A DNA stretch of 64,000 bases from Alphaproteobacteria bacterium (GTDB lineage Bacteria > Pseudomonadota > Alphaproteobacteria > RF32 > CAG-239): contig CAAFZY010000005.1 of assembly GCA_900767645.1 (NCBI GenBank), positions 28,986-92,985 of the forward strand. The letters are read 5' to 3'. Below, piece by piece: positions 36,992-46,359 of the stretch (positions within the stretch are counted from its first letter, which is position 1; every line of letters starts with the position of its first letter). The position numbers and the translations under genes were made by a program. A model generated the notes under the pieces. That model was not told the origin of the DNA and made no database searches. It saw only the letters and a list, made by a program, of their open reading frames with translations.

Positions 36992-37588
36992 TTATTGCGC
37001 TTTTTCAAGCACTTTCATACCGGCAAGATAGGTATTTAACAGCAATTCGCATAAACTGTTTTTGTTAATTTTGGTAAAACTGTCAAGAGTATCGGTGGTT
37101 AAAAAAGAGCTTAACGAAAACAGTGAGAGCCATAAAACCTGAATTGAGAGCAGGCGTTCCGGCAGTGGAATTTCCGGAAACAGCGCCTTAAACGAGCTTT
37201 CGACTAATTGGGTAATTTGCACTACGCGTCGCAGGTAAACTTTTGAAAAGCGGCGGTTATTATTTAAAAGGTGAAAATTGTGCACCAAAAACCACAGATT
37301 TTTATTTTCAAGCACAAAATTAATAAACTCACGGGCATACAAATTGAGCCGTTGGTATGGCGTGCCGGAAGCCTGCATATGCGCCAAACGAATGTACAGG
37401 CTGTCTAAGGTAAGGTAATTTTGAATTAAGATAAAATTATCCATATTGCCGAACTGATTGTAAATGGTGCCGACGGAATAGCCTGAAGCTTCAGAGAGTT
37501 TGCGGGCAGTTAAAAATTCAGCGCCTTTTTCTTTAATCAGCTCGCGGCCTTTGTTGACTAAATTTTCTTGGATATTATCTTTATTCAT
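36992..37588 (-). CDS. TetR/AcrR-family transcriptional regulator
   Basis: N-terminal HTH LTARKLSEASGYSVGTIYNQF. Confidence 0.75.
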   Translation of the reverse strand: MNKDNIQENLVNKGRELIKEKGAEFLTARKLSEASGYSVGTIYNQFGNMDNFILIQNYLTLDSLYIRLAHMQASGTPYQRLNLYAREFINFVLENKNLWFLVHNFHLLNNNRRFSKVYLRRVVQITQLVESSFKALFPEIPLPERLLSIQVLWLSLFSLSSFLTTDTLDSFTKINKNSLCELLLNTYLAGMKVLEKAQ

Positions 37589-37687
37589 GGCTAATTCTTA
37601 TATCTAAATTAACAAATTCAGCTTAATATAGCAGAAAAATGAACAGTGTTCAACTTTTTTTCTTCAATATGCAAAAGGAGAAATTTT

Positions 37688-38494
37688 ATGAAAAAAATGT
37701 GGCGATTTTTAACAGTGTTAGGATTTTTTATGCCTAATACATCCTCGGCGGCAGAAGATTTTTTCGGCGATTTAATGGTTTCAGAGCAGATGAAGCAAGA
37801 GGCGGTAAGCGAATCGGGACAAATGGAAGCCGGTAAAATTTTAGACAGACGTCCGGCGGTGCTTAAAATTAAAGCTAAAAGCAAAAAAATTGAAAAGGTT
37901 AAAGATGTTAAGCCGCAAGTAATTTATGCGCCGGCTCCGTTCGGATTAAGTTGGCTGGCGCCGCGTAAAGATATTGAGGCATTAAAGGTTTATTTAACTC
38001 CGATTGAGCTTAAAGACACTCCGGAAACTTACAAAGCAATTAATTTGCCTAAGCCGGTGACTGATTTCAGAGAAATTGACATAAGTTTCGGTGATAATAA
38101 TCAATTATGGCGGATTATTGCGTACGGTAAGCCGGTTCAAGACGATACTTCGGCTGCCAACGGCTTAAAACTTTATCGGCAATATTATCAAATGCTGGCT
38201 AAAAAATACGGTAATGCTCAGCAATTTTATACTCCGGCGGCGCTTAATGTCGACGAAACCGATGCTGATGGCAACACGGTCAATCGCGTGGTTGAAATGC
38301 CGCTCGGCGCGGAAGGATTTTTACAAAAACTTGCAAGCGGCGAAGCTGTTTTATATTCAACTTTTGAAAACGGTAAAATCGGAGTAACGTTGGCGTTGTA
38401 TGCCGATGGCAATGAACAGACCTATATTGTGGTTGATTATAAGGATTTGCATACCGGCGAGCAGAAACTTGAAGATATTTATGATGCATTGTAA
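37688..38494 (+). CDS. secreted hypothetical protein
   Basis: Has a signal peptide. An RBS AAGGAG precedes the ATG at 37688. Confidence 0.45.
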   Translation: MKKMWRFLTVLGFFMPNTSSAAEDFFGDLMVSEQMKQEAVSESGQMEAGKILDRRPAVLKIKAKSKKIEKVKDVKPQVIYAPAPFGLSWLAPRKDIEALKVYLTPIELKDTPETYKAINLPKPVTDFREIDISFGDNNQLWRIIAYGKPVQDDTSAANGLKLYRQYYQMLAKKYGNAQQFYTPAALNVDETDADGNTVNRVVEMPLGAEGFLQKLASGEAVLYSTFENGKIGVTLALYADGNEQTYIVVDYKDLHTGEQKLEDIYDAL

Positions 38495-38507
38495 AGGAAT
38501 TTGAACG

Positions 38508-39878
38508 ATGAAAAAAGTTAGTTTTTGCGGTATTTCAGGCAGCGGTATGAGTGCTTTGGCACAAGTTTTGAATGCGAACGGAATTGAAGTTCGCGGCTCT
38601 GACCGAAGTTTTGATAACGGTAAAGATGAGGCTAATCGTAATGCCTTAAAACAAGTAGGAATTAAAATTTTTCCGCAAGACGGTTCGGCCGTTACCGATG
38701 ATTTAGATTGCCTTTATGTTTCAACCGCGGTGGAAAGCTCTATTCCTGATGTTAAAGCGGCAATCGATAAGCATATTCCCGTTAAAAAACGTTCTGATTT
38801 GCTTGCGGAAATTTTTAATCGGTCGGCGTACGGCATTGCGGTGGGCGGCACCAGCGGAAAAACCACACTAACCGCGATGATAGGTTTTATTTTAGATAAA
38901 TCAGGCAAAAATCCGCTGGTTATTAACGGGGGTTTGCTCAAAAATTATGACCATCAGGCCGGCATTCCGAATGTGATTTTAAACAAAGGTGATATTTGTG
39001 TGGTTGAAGCTGACGAAAGCGACGGTTCAATTGAAAAATATACGCCGTATGTGGCGGTGGTAAACAATATTACCATTGACCATAAAGAAATTGACGAGCT
39101 AAAAAAGCTGTTCGGCGATTTTGTGCAAAAAGCAACCGGCGGCGCGGTGATTAATGCCGATTGCGCTAACTCGCAATGTTTGAAACAATGCAATCCGCAT
39201 ATTAAAACTTTTTCGGTTAAAAGTCGACAGGCCGATTTTTATGCATACAATATTAAGCCTTTGCCGCAAGGTATAAGCTACGAGCTTGCCGGCAAAACGT
39301 TTACTTTGCCGATAATCGGAATTTTTAATGTGGCGAATGCCATTGCTGCAATTGCCGCATGCTCATATTTGGGGGTTGATAAATTTGAAGCGGCGAAAAT
39401 TTTACAAGAATTTATCGGTACTAAAAGACGCTTAGATGTTATCGGCACGGTAAATAATATTACGGTAATTGATGATTTTGCGCATAATCCGGATAAGGTT
39501 TTGGCATCAATGCAGGCATTGCGCGATTATAACGGCCGATTGTTAATTATGTTTCAGCCACACGGATTTGCGCCGATGCGAATGATGGGCAAACAAATTA
39601 TGGAAAGTTTTGCTAAAACCATGCAGCCTGACGATTGTTTGTTTATGCCGGAAATTTATTATGCCGGAGGAACGGTCACTCGCGATATTTCGTCGGCTGA
39701 TTTGATTAAATACGCCTGTGAACTTGGGGCGAACGCCAAATTTTATCAAAACAGAGATGAAATAAAAAATCAAATAATCGCAATGGCAAAGTCAGGTGAC
39801 CGAATCGTGATTATGGGAGCGAGAGATAATACCTTGCCTGATTTTTGCCACAGTATTTTAAAGGGAGTTAAAGCATGA
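38508..39878 (+). CDS. mpl: Mur-ligase family protein, probably murein peptide ligase Mpl (alternatively MurC)
   Basis: GISGSGMSALAQVL N-terminus, GGTSGKTT P-loop, 456 aa. It overlaps the ldcA start. Confidence 0.55.
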   Translation: MKKVSFCGISGSGMSALAQVLNANGIEVRGSDRSFDNGKDEANRNALKQVGIKIFPQDGSAVTDDLDCLYVSTAVESSIPDVKAAIDKHIPVKKRSDLLAEIFNRSAYGIAVGGTSGKTTLTAMIGFILDKSGKNPLVINGGLLKNYDHQAGIPNVILNKGDICVVEADESDGSIEKYTPYVAVVNNITIDHKEIDELKKLFGDFVQKATGGAVINADCANSQCLKQCNPHIKTFSVKSRQADFYAYNIKPLPQGISYELAGKTFTLPIIGIFNVANAIAAIAACSYLGVDKFEAAKILQEFIGTKRRLDVIGTVNNITVIDDFAHNPDKVLASMQALRDYNGRLLIMFQPHGFAPMRMMGKQIMESFAKTMQPDDCLFMPEIYYAGGTVTRDISSADLIKYACELGANAKFYQNRDEIKNQIIAMAKSGDRIVIMGARDNTLPDFCHSILKGVKA

Positions 39879-40756
39879 CTTTATTGCGGGCAGGTGATAA
39901 AATTGCTTTAGCGGCACCGTCAGGTTTTATTGCGCCGGAATCGATAAAAACAGGCGCCCTGTGGCTTGAGAAGCAAGGCTTTGAACTTGAGTTTATGCCG
40001 CATGTTTTTGCGCGATGTCATTATACTGCGGGTACGGATTTTGAACGGGCGGACGATGTTAATGAAGCTTTTGCGCGCTCGGATATTAAGGCGATATTTT
40101 GTGTGCGCGGCGGGGCGGGAAGCTCTAAAATTTTGCCGTATCTTGATTATGCGCTCATCAAAAAAAATCGTAAGCCGGTGTTCGGCTTAAGCGATTCAAC
40201 AGCTTTGCAAAATGCTTTGTTTACTTGTTCCGGAAATGTGTCATACACCGGATTTTTGCCGATTTTTGATTTTAAAAACGGTTCGCTTGATGAAAAAATA
40301 AATCAATCACTGAATATGGTTTTTGCCGGCAGAGAGCAAAAAGCAAGCGGCGGTAAATGCTTAAATAGCGGTTCGGCGCAAGGAATTATGGTAGGCGGTT
40401 GTTTGAGCGTGCTGAATTATTTATGCGGCACTCCGTATTTTCCGTCATTGCAGGGCAAAATTTTACTGATTGAAGATGTCGGAGAAAAAACGTATCGAAT
40501 TGATTTAATGCTCAATCAGCTTAAATCGCAAAAAGACTTTTCCGGCTTAAAAGGCATTGTGTTCGGACAGTTTTTGAATTGTGTCGAAGCGGATGAAGGT
40601 GATGGCTCGGTTGCTGAAATTATTGCTGATTTTGCGCAAGATTTGGATATTCCGGTAATAACGGAATTTCCGTACGGGCATGTTGCCAGCCGTTATGTGC
40701 TGCCGATTGGTAAAAAAGTTTGTTTAGATGCCGATACGGTTACGGTAACTTATTAG
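39875..40756 (+). CDS. ldcA: LD-carboxypeptidase (peptidase S66)
   Basis: S66 layout with the Ser nucleophile context GLSDSTAL. Coupled to mpl. Confidence 0.75.
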   Translation: MTLLRAGDKIALAAPSGFIAPESIKTGALWLEKQGFELEFMPHVFARCHYTAGTDFERADDVNEAFARSDIKAIFCVRGGAGSSKILPYLDYALIKKNRKPVFGLSDSTALQNALFTCSGNVSYTGFLPIFDFKNGSLDEKINQSLNMVFAGREQKASGGKCLNSGSAQGIMVGGCLSVLNYLCGTPYFPSLQGKILLIEDVGEKTYRIDLMLNQLKSQKDFSGLKGIVFGQFLNCVEADEGDGSVAEIIADFAQDLDIPVITEFPYGHVASRYVLPIGKKVCLDADTVTVTY

Positions 40757-41451
40757 AACACCAGATTCAGCACATATTTTAAGTTTTGCAGATTGAGTCG
40801 GTTGATTAAATCAAAATACAGCGATACGCCCTCCCAACCGCGGCTGTTAAAGGCCAATATGCTGCCGATGGTCCATAAATTGGCAGATGGCAAAAACATC
40901 CAGCAAAATTTGTAAGATACTTTGGGCAGGTCGGTCTGCTTATCATTAATTTGCGAACCGACGGTATCGGTATGATAACCTAAAAAGTAGCCTAAAATTC
41001 CGTTCATAATTAAATTAGAAGGCATTATGCCCATAATAATCATATAAATTAAGCCGAACAGCGGAAAAAAGTATGGCGCAATGATTATAAGCCAGTTGCC
41101 TTCGCCCTTAAAGCCCATTTCGCCGCCGCTGTTGTCAGGTTCAAGTCGAATATGTTCAACTTTATGAAAAGTAATCAGAGCAAAAAATGAATGAGTTAAT
41201 TCATGCGCAATAATCTGCATAGAAGTTTTAACCGACGAATCGGCCATGGTGCGGGCAATGAAATACATAAAAAATCCGGCGCCGAGCGCTAAATATTTAA
41301 ATGATGCAAAAGAAAAAAAGTCAACAGACATACAAAGCGCCGGCAATGAGAGCAGCATATAAACCGCTATCGGCCATTTAAACAGATTGATGATTTTATC
41401 TAAAGTTGCAGACATAGCTTTCCTTTCAGAATTGCAATATACATCGGTCAT
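40753..41451 (-). CDS. membrane protein with an HExxH motif (putative M50B/DUF3267-like metallopeptidase)
   Basis: IIAHELTHSF lies within a predicted TM region. Confidence 0.35.
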   Translation of the reverse strand: MTDVYCNSERKAMSATLDKIINLFKWPIAVYMLLSLPALCMSVDFFSFASFKYLALGAGFFMYFIARTMADSSVKTSMQIIAHELTHSFFALITFHKVEHIRLEPDNSGGEMGFKGEGNWLIIIAPYFFPLFGLIYMIIMGIMPSNLIMNGILGYFLGYHTDTVGSQINDKQTDLPKVSYKFCWMFLPSANLWTIGSILAFNSRGWEGVSLYFDLINRLNLQNLKYVLNLVF

Positions 41452-41563
41452 AATTAAATTTCAGCAATTTTCGGATTCTATTAACATTTACTTTAAAAAC
41501 AACTTGACAAAGCGAATAAAAGCCTAACATTAAATATAAAAAAAGCAAAATTGCGAGGGTGTC

Positions 41564-41962
41564 ATGAACAAATATGAACAAATGGTGGCGGAATGCCATA
41601 AGGCGATGGAGTGCGCCATTAATGAGCCGTTTACGGCAGATTTGCTCACATTGCGCAAACGACTGATTAATGAAGAAACAGCAGAGCTTAATGCTGAAAT
41701 AGATAATATAATCGGCGAGTTGCAGCAAAGCGGTAAAGCTCAAAAAGAATCGGTGCTTAGAATGTATAAAGAGTTGGCTGATTTGCAATATGTGGTCAGC
41801 GGTATGGCGGTTTGCTTCGGTATCCCGTTTGAAGAAGTGTTTAGTCGCGTGCATGAAAGCAATATGTCGAAATTGGTTGACGGCAAACCTTTAAAACGCG
41901 CGGACGGCAAATTTTTGAAAGGCCCGAATTATAAAAAGCCGGATTTAACCGATTTATATTAA
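41564..41962 (+). CDS. MazG-like nucleotide pyrophosphohydrolase family protein
   Basis: EETAELNAEID ... ELADLQYVV is an EExxE/D-type all-alpha NTP-PPase pattern. Confidence 0.4.
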   Translation: MNKYEQMVAECHKAMECAINEPFTADLLTLRKRLINEETAELNAEIDNIIGELQQSGKAQKESVLRMYKELADLQYVVSGMAVCFGIPFEEVFSRVHESNMSKLVDGKPLKRADGKFLKGPNYKKPDLTDLY

Positions 41963-41969
41963 AAAACAA

Positions 41970-42008
41970 TAAAAAAGGCACTGCGTTTTAATTGCAGTGT
42001 CTTTTTTA
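41970..42008. terminator. bidirectional intrinsic terminator
   Basis: aaaaaaggcactgcgttttaattgcagtgtctttttt. Confidence 0.6.
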
Positions 42009-42021
42009 TTGTTTTTTGCAG

Positions 42022-42666
42022 CTAGATGTTTACGTCTTGCCAAGAATTGATGCTCGGATCGATTCTTATTTCGTGGAATACTTCATGCAGTTCTTGCGAC
42101 GTTGTTGAAACAGATGAAATACCATTATTGCTAATCCGCATAGAGCAGGTTAGCAAATACCTTTTGGTTAAGGTACCTTTTTCTTGGTCGGCTACCTCAT
42201 CGATTAATTTGAGCTCTGGCGGCAGTATTTCTACTTCAGGATAAATACTTGGCATGTTGTTTCCGTCAATTTCAGCTCTATCAAGCGTAAAAAATACCGG
42301 AACCGAAAGCTTATCATTAAATTTAAAGCTGTAATGCATATAATAATGGGTGGTAACAATACCGTCAGCGTTTTTCTCATAGCTTTTGATATAGGCCCAT
42401 GCTTTATCTGAAACAGCTTTAAATTTCAGACTGTTAATGTCTGCATTAATAACCACCGGCTTGCTCATAACCGAATCAACAGCCGCTGCATACGGAAGAT
42501 CAATGCGGTATGTTTCTTGGTTATATACCAATGAGCTGGTGTAATAACCATCATGTGCCACAATTTCTTTTTTGCCTTCAGGCAGCTGCTCTGCGGTAGT
42601 GTAATCTTTGTTACAAGCTGTAATAAGCATCCCGCTTATCATCAGCAAAAAATAATATTTTTTCAT
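42022..42666 (-). CDS. lipoprotein, hypothetical
   Basis: Lipobox LITAC. Confidence 0.45.
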   Translation of the reverse strand: MKKYYFLLMISGMLITACNKDYTTAEQLPEGKKEIVAHDGYYTSSLVYNQETYRIDLPYAAAVDSVMSKPVVINADINSLKFKAVSDKAWAYIKSYEKNADGIVTTHYYMHYSFKFNDKLSVPVFFTLDRAEIDGNNMPSIYPEVEILPPELKLIDEVADQEKGTLTKRYLLTCSMRISNNGISSVSTTSQELHEVFHEIRIDPSINSWQDVNI

Positions 42667-42788
42667 AATTTCTTTATGTGTTTTATGTTGTTATAATAAT
42701 TGTGTTATTAAGTATTAATATACGCCTTTTTATTATTTTTGTCAAAGTAAAAAAAAGACGACCTTTTGAAGTCGTCTTTGGATTAAAT

Positions 42789-45182
42789 TTATTTTTTGTT
42801 TCCGTAGAATTGCGTTTCTGAAGATACGGAAGTATCACCCTGATGGATAACAATCTGCTGGAACGGAATTTCAATTCCTTCTTCCATAAAGCGGCGGTTA
42901 ATTTCATAGCGCAACTCGCTCGGAATGTTCCAACCGACCCAAATGTTGCTTGAATAGCATCGAAGTTCAAAATCAAGTGAACTGGAGCCGAAATCTTTGA
43001 AAATAACGTACGGCGCCGGAGTTTTTAAAACTTTTTTGTTATTGCGGGCGCACTCTAACAAAATGTCGGTTACTTTATTTACGTCGGTACCATAGGCGAC
43101 ACCGACGCTTACGGCTTGTCGGGTCCAATTATTGCCGTGGGTTAAGTTGATTAGTGCCGATGAAATTAAAGTGGCGTTAGGAATAATAACGCTGGTTTTT
43201 TTGAAGGTTTCCAATTCGGTTGAGCGAATATTGATTTGCTTAATTTGTCCTTCCTCGCCGTTAAATACCACCCAATCGCCGACTTTTACCGGACGCTCAA
43301 ATAAAATGATAATGCCGGATACAAAGTTGTTGAAAATATTTTGCAGTCCGAAACCGATACCAACCGATAAGGCACCGGCGATAACGGCGAGGCTGGTTAA
43401 GTTGCCGCCCATAACAATAATTGCCAACAGCGAGGCAATAACAAAGCCTACAAAGCTGACTCCCGATGACAGCGAGTGTTTAATACCTTCATCAATGTCA
43501 AGTTTGGCAAAAACATTGTTGGTTAAGTTGTTTTTTAAGGTCTTCATTACGGCAAGCGAGCCGAAGAAGACGATAATACCCAAAATGATGGCGATTAAGG
43601 AAATACGCACGCCGCCGATGCTGAATCCGAACAGAATTTTTTTAACCACATGCAAAATTAAGTCACCGGACAAGCCCCATAAGTTCAAAAATACAAAAAT
43701 AAAGCACATGGCAAGTAACGGGGTTAAAACCAAACTTAAACCAAAGTTGATTTTAGTTAAAATTTTGCGGCGCATTTTAAAAGTTTTGGCCCAAAATCCG
43801 AGCAATAAAACATGCTTGATTATTTCAGCAAACAAGCGGTGACAGATTATGAACAGCACCAAAAGCAGAGCGCTTAAAATGTAGCGGTTGAAAATAAACG
43901 CCGACAAATCAGGATAGCCGAATAAGGCAATTCCGAAGGTTGCAATGCTGATAAATGAGCTGATGAAAATAATTTTAAATGAAGTGCTCATGCTGTCATC
44001 AGCCTCATCGGCGGCATCGCTTTCAGCCGATTGTTCCGGTTCTTCTTCATAAAAAATGCGGCTTACCAGTAAAATAATCACAAAAGATTTTACGGCGCAA
44101 TCGGCAGCTACGATAAAATTAATCAGTTTGGTCTGATAATTAGCGGCGCGGGCAATGTATTCAAGCAATGATACAATGCCTATCATCCAAATACTTAAAT
44201 ATAAGGCTTTCACAATGCCGGTGGCTTTGGCCGTGCCTAAATTAATCAACCGCCATTTTTCATGGTACGGGGCAAAAATTACGCGGGCAATGGCGCGCGC
44301 CATAATAATGTATAGCAGATAATAGAGCGTGCTGTTAATGGCAATGCCGAAAAATCCGGTGGTAAAAATTTGCATGCCTATCATCCAAATTAAAAAACCA
44401 CCGATAATTAAAGTGGGAATAACGCCGTAAGCAACGGCAACGGCAACGGCGGCAAAAAGTTTTTGCCCGTAACGCGGATTTTCAATATCGGTGCGATATC
44501 CCCAATTACGCATAATCAGGCGGCGCAAAATAAGTCCGGCGCCGAAAGCTCCGATAAGAATAAACAAAATAGGGATGAAATAAGTTAAAATGTAATTTTT
44601 ACCGGAAGCATCAAGCATTTTGTACCAATTTATCGGAGAAGTTACAATATCCCAGCAGAAACCGGCAAATGCTTTTACCGAGGCAAAAAAGTTTTGCGGA
44701 TTAAGCAGAATATCTTGCTTGGCAACCAAATTGCCCAATATTTTTTGATTGCGAGAGTTCAAAATCAACAGATTAAGCTCTTCTATTTTAACTTCCAAAA
44801 TTTGCACTTCGGCGATTTTGCTTTTGATAATCGCCAGCGTATTGTTAAATTCCGTGCGTTTTTGCGCAATAACTTTAAGTTCTTTTGAGCCGTCTTCAGG
44901 AGCCGAGCCTAAAGCATCAATTTGTTTTTGCACATAGGCGGCTTCGCGCTCGTATTCGCGCTTAAAAGCCGAAAGGCCTCCGGATGTTTGGTACAAAAAG
45001 TTGGCGTCTTCATCTATGCCTTGCACCGTAAAATTACCGCTTTTAAGTTTTTTTTCAATAGCGGTTAATTGCTTGGAAACTTTATCAAACTGCAAAGTTT
45101 CATCAGCTGCGTTTGCCGGCAGGGCAACAAGCAGATTAAGCAATATAAAAGCGCTGAATAAAAACTTAAATAATCGAAACAT
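42789..45182 (-). CDS. mechanosensitive channel, MscK/KefA-like (MscS family)
   Basis: Has a signal peptide, a coiled-coil periplasmic domain, multiple TM helices and an MscS core (VGDWVVFNGEEGQI). Confidence 0.75.
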   Translation of the reverse strand: MFRLFKFLFSAFILLNLLVALPANAADETLQFDKVSKQLTAIEKKLKSGNFTVQGIDEDANFLYQTSGGLSAFKREYEREAAYVQKQIDALGSAPEDGSKELKVIAQKRTEFNNTLAIIKSKIAEVQILEVKIEELNLLILNSRNQKILGNLVAKQDILLNPQNFFASVKAFAGFCWDIVTSPINWYKMLDASGKNYILTYFIPILFILIGAFGAGLILRRLIMRNWGYRTDIENPRYGQKLFAAVAVAVAYGVIPTLIIGGFLIWMIGMQIFTTGFFGIAINSTLYYLLYIIMARAIARVIFAPYHEKWRLINLGTAKATGIVKALYLSIWMIGIVSLLEYIARAANYQTKLINFIVAADCAVKSFVIILLVSRIFYEEEPEQSAESDAADEADDSMSTSFKIIFISSFISIATFGIALFGYPDLSAFIFNRYILSALLLVLFIICHRLFAEIIKHVLLLGFWAKTFKMRRKILTKINFGLSLVLTPLLAMCFIFVFLNLWGLSGDLILHVVKKILFGFSIGGVRISLIAIILGIIVFFGSLAVMKTLKNNLTNNVFAKLDIDEGIKHSLSSGVSFVGFVIASLLAIIVMGGNLTSLAVIAGALSVGIGFGLQNIFNNFVSGIIILFERPVKVGDWVVFNGEEGQIKQINIRSTELETFKKTSVIIPNATLISSALINLTHGNNWTRQAVSVGVAYGTDVNKVTDILLECARNNKKVLKTPAPYVIFKDFGSSSLDFELRCYSSNIWVGWNIPSELRYEINRRFMEEGIEIPFQQIVIHQGDTSVSSETQFYGNKK

Positions 45183-45197
45183 CGGGATAATCCTTTA

Positions 45198-46205
45198 TCA
45201 GTGAGTTTTAAGCATAAGTTTCATAACGTTGAAGGCGTTTTTGGCCATGCCGGCGCGCAGATTGTCGGCGACACACCAAAAGCTAAAGCCGTTTTCGGCC
45301 GATAAATCTTGACGCAGACGGCTTACGTAAATATTATCTTCACCTTGCACATCGTTTAAGCTTACATATCCGCCATCGGTTTGTTTATCAAAAACGACCA
45401 CGCCTTTAGTGTTTTGCATCAATTTTCTTACCTCGTCAACATCAACGTCATTAATACATTCGGCATTAACATACAGCGCGGCGCCGATAAAGGCGGGAAC
45501 AAATGCGCAGTTGGCGTGAATTTTCATGTTGCCGTTTAAAACCTTTTTGGTTTCGGCGTTAATCGCCCATTCAAATTTGGTTTCTTCACCGATAAACTCG
45601 CCTACTTGCGGCAAAACATTAAATGCGATTTGTTTTTTGAATACTTGCTCATCATCGGCTAAAGTAGTGTTCATATAAATTTTGCGAGTTTGATTAAAAA
45701 GCTCGTCCATGGCGTCTTTGCCGTATACGGAAGTTGAAATATAGGCCGAGGCAATCAAGCGCTTTAAGCTTAGTTTTTCATTAATTTTGGCAAGCGGGAT
45801 AAGCATTTGGGTGGTAAGCGCCGACGGAATGGAAACAATGTTTTTGGCGGCGTGTTTAACATCTTCATCATTAAGACCGGCCACAATCATCGGAACATCA
45901 GAATCGGCAAAAGTGGCGCCGGAGCAATCAATAATTTTGATGTTTTTTGCGGCGGCTTTGGGCAAATAACGCTTGGTAATTTCTTCCGTGGAGGCAAAAA
46001 TGGCAATATCGGCTTTGCTAAAATCAAAGTTATCAAGATTATAGACGTCAAGCTCATCATCTTCGCCGTATGAAACCAAATTGCCGAGCGGGCTTTTGGG
46101 CTCAAGGGCAATTACATCGTCAGAACCGATGCCGTCGGCTTCCAAAAAGGTTAAAATTTCACGACCGATATTTTCGGTAACACCAATTACAGCAATTTTA
46201 GTCAT
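45198..46205 (-). CDS. aspartate-semialdehyde dehydrogenase family protein, probable pseudoenzyme
   Basis: Asd-like IIDCSGATFADSDVPMIV and C-terminal WCVADNLRAGMAKNA. The Asd catalytic Cys position reads SALTTQM (C->A) and the His position reads IGAALYV (H->A). The N-terminal GxGxxG is degenerate (GVTENIG). Confidence 0.55.
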   Translation of the reverse strand: MTKIAVIGVTENIGREILTFLEADGIGSDDVIALEPKSPLGNLVSYGEDDELDVYNLDNFDFSKADIAIFASTEEITKRYLPKAAAKNIKIIDCSGATFADSDVPMIVAGLNDEDVKHAAKNIVSIPSALTTQMLIPLAKINEKLSLKRLIASAYISTSVYGKDAMDELFNQTRKIYMNTTLADDEQVFKKQIAFNVLPQVGEFIGEETKFEWAINAETKKVLNGNMKIHANCAFVPAFIGAALYVNAECINDVDVDEVRKLMQNTKGVVVFDKQTDGGYVSLNDVQGEDNIYVSRLRQDLSAENGFSFWCVADNLRAGMAKNAFNVMKLMLKTH

Positions 46206-46359
46206 AAGTTATCCTTTGTTAAATTTTATAATTGTTATAGATAATAGCTTAAATTTATTTATAAAAGGATAATATTAAAGCGCAAGCATTAATTTATGTG
46301 TCGAAATTAAGCCGATGTGCTTTTTCCTGAAAAAAACAGTTTATGCGCCGAGCTTATAC

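Noticed and set aside
41426-41854. 142-aa minus-strand ORF overlapping the MazG-like gene
   Set aside because: It overlaps a plus-strand ORF with recognisable NTP-pyrophosphatase motifs and the 3' end of the membrane protease gene. It is probably spurious.
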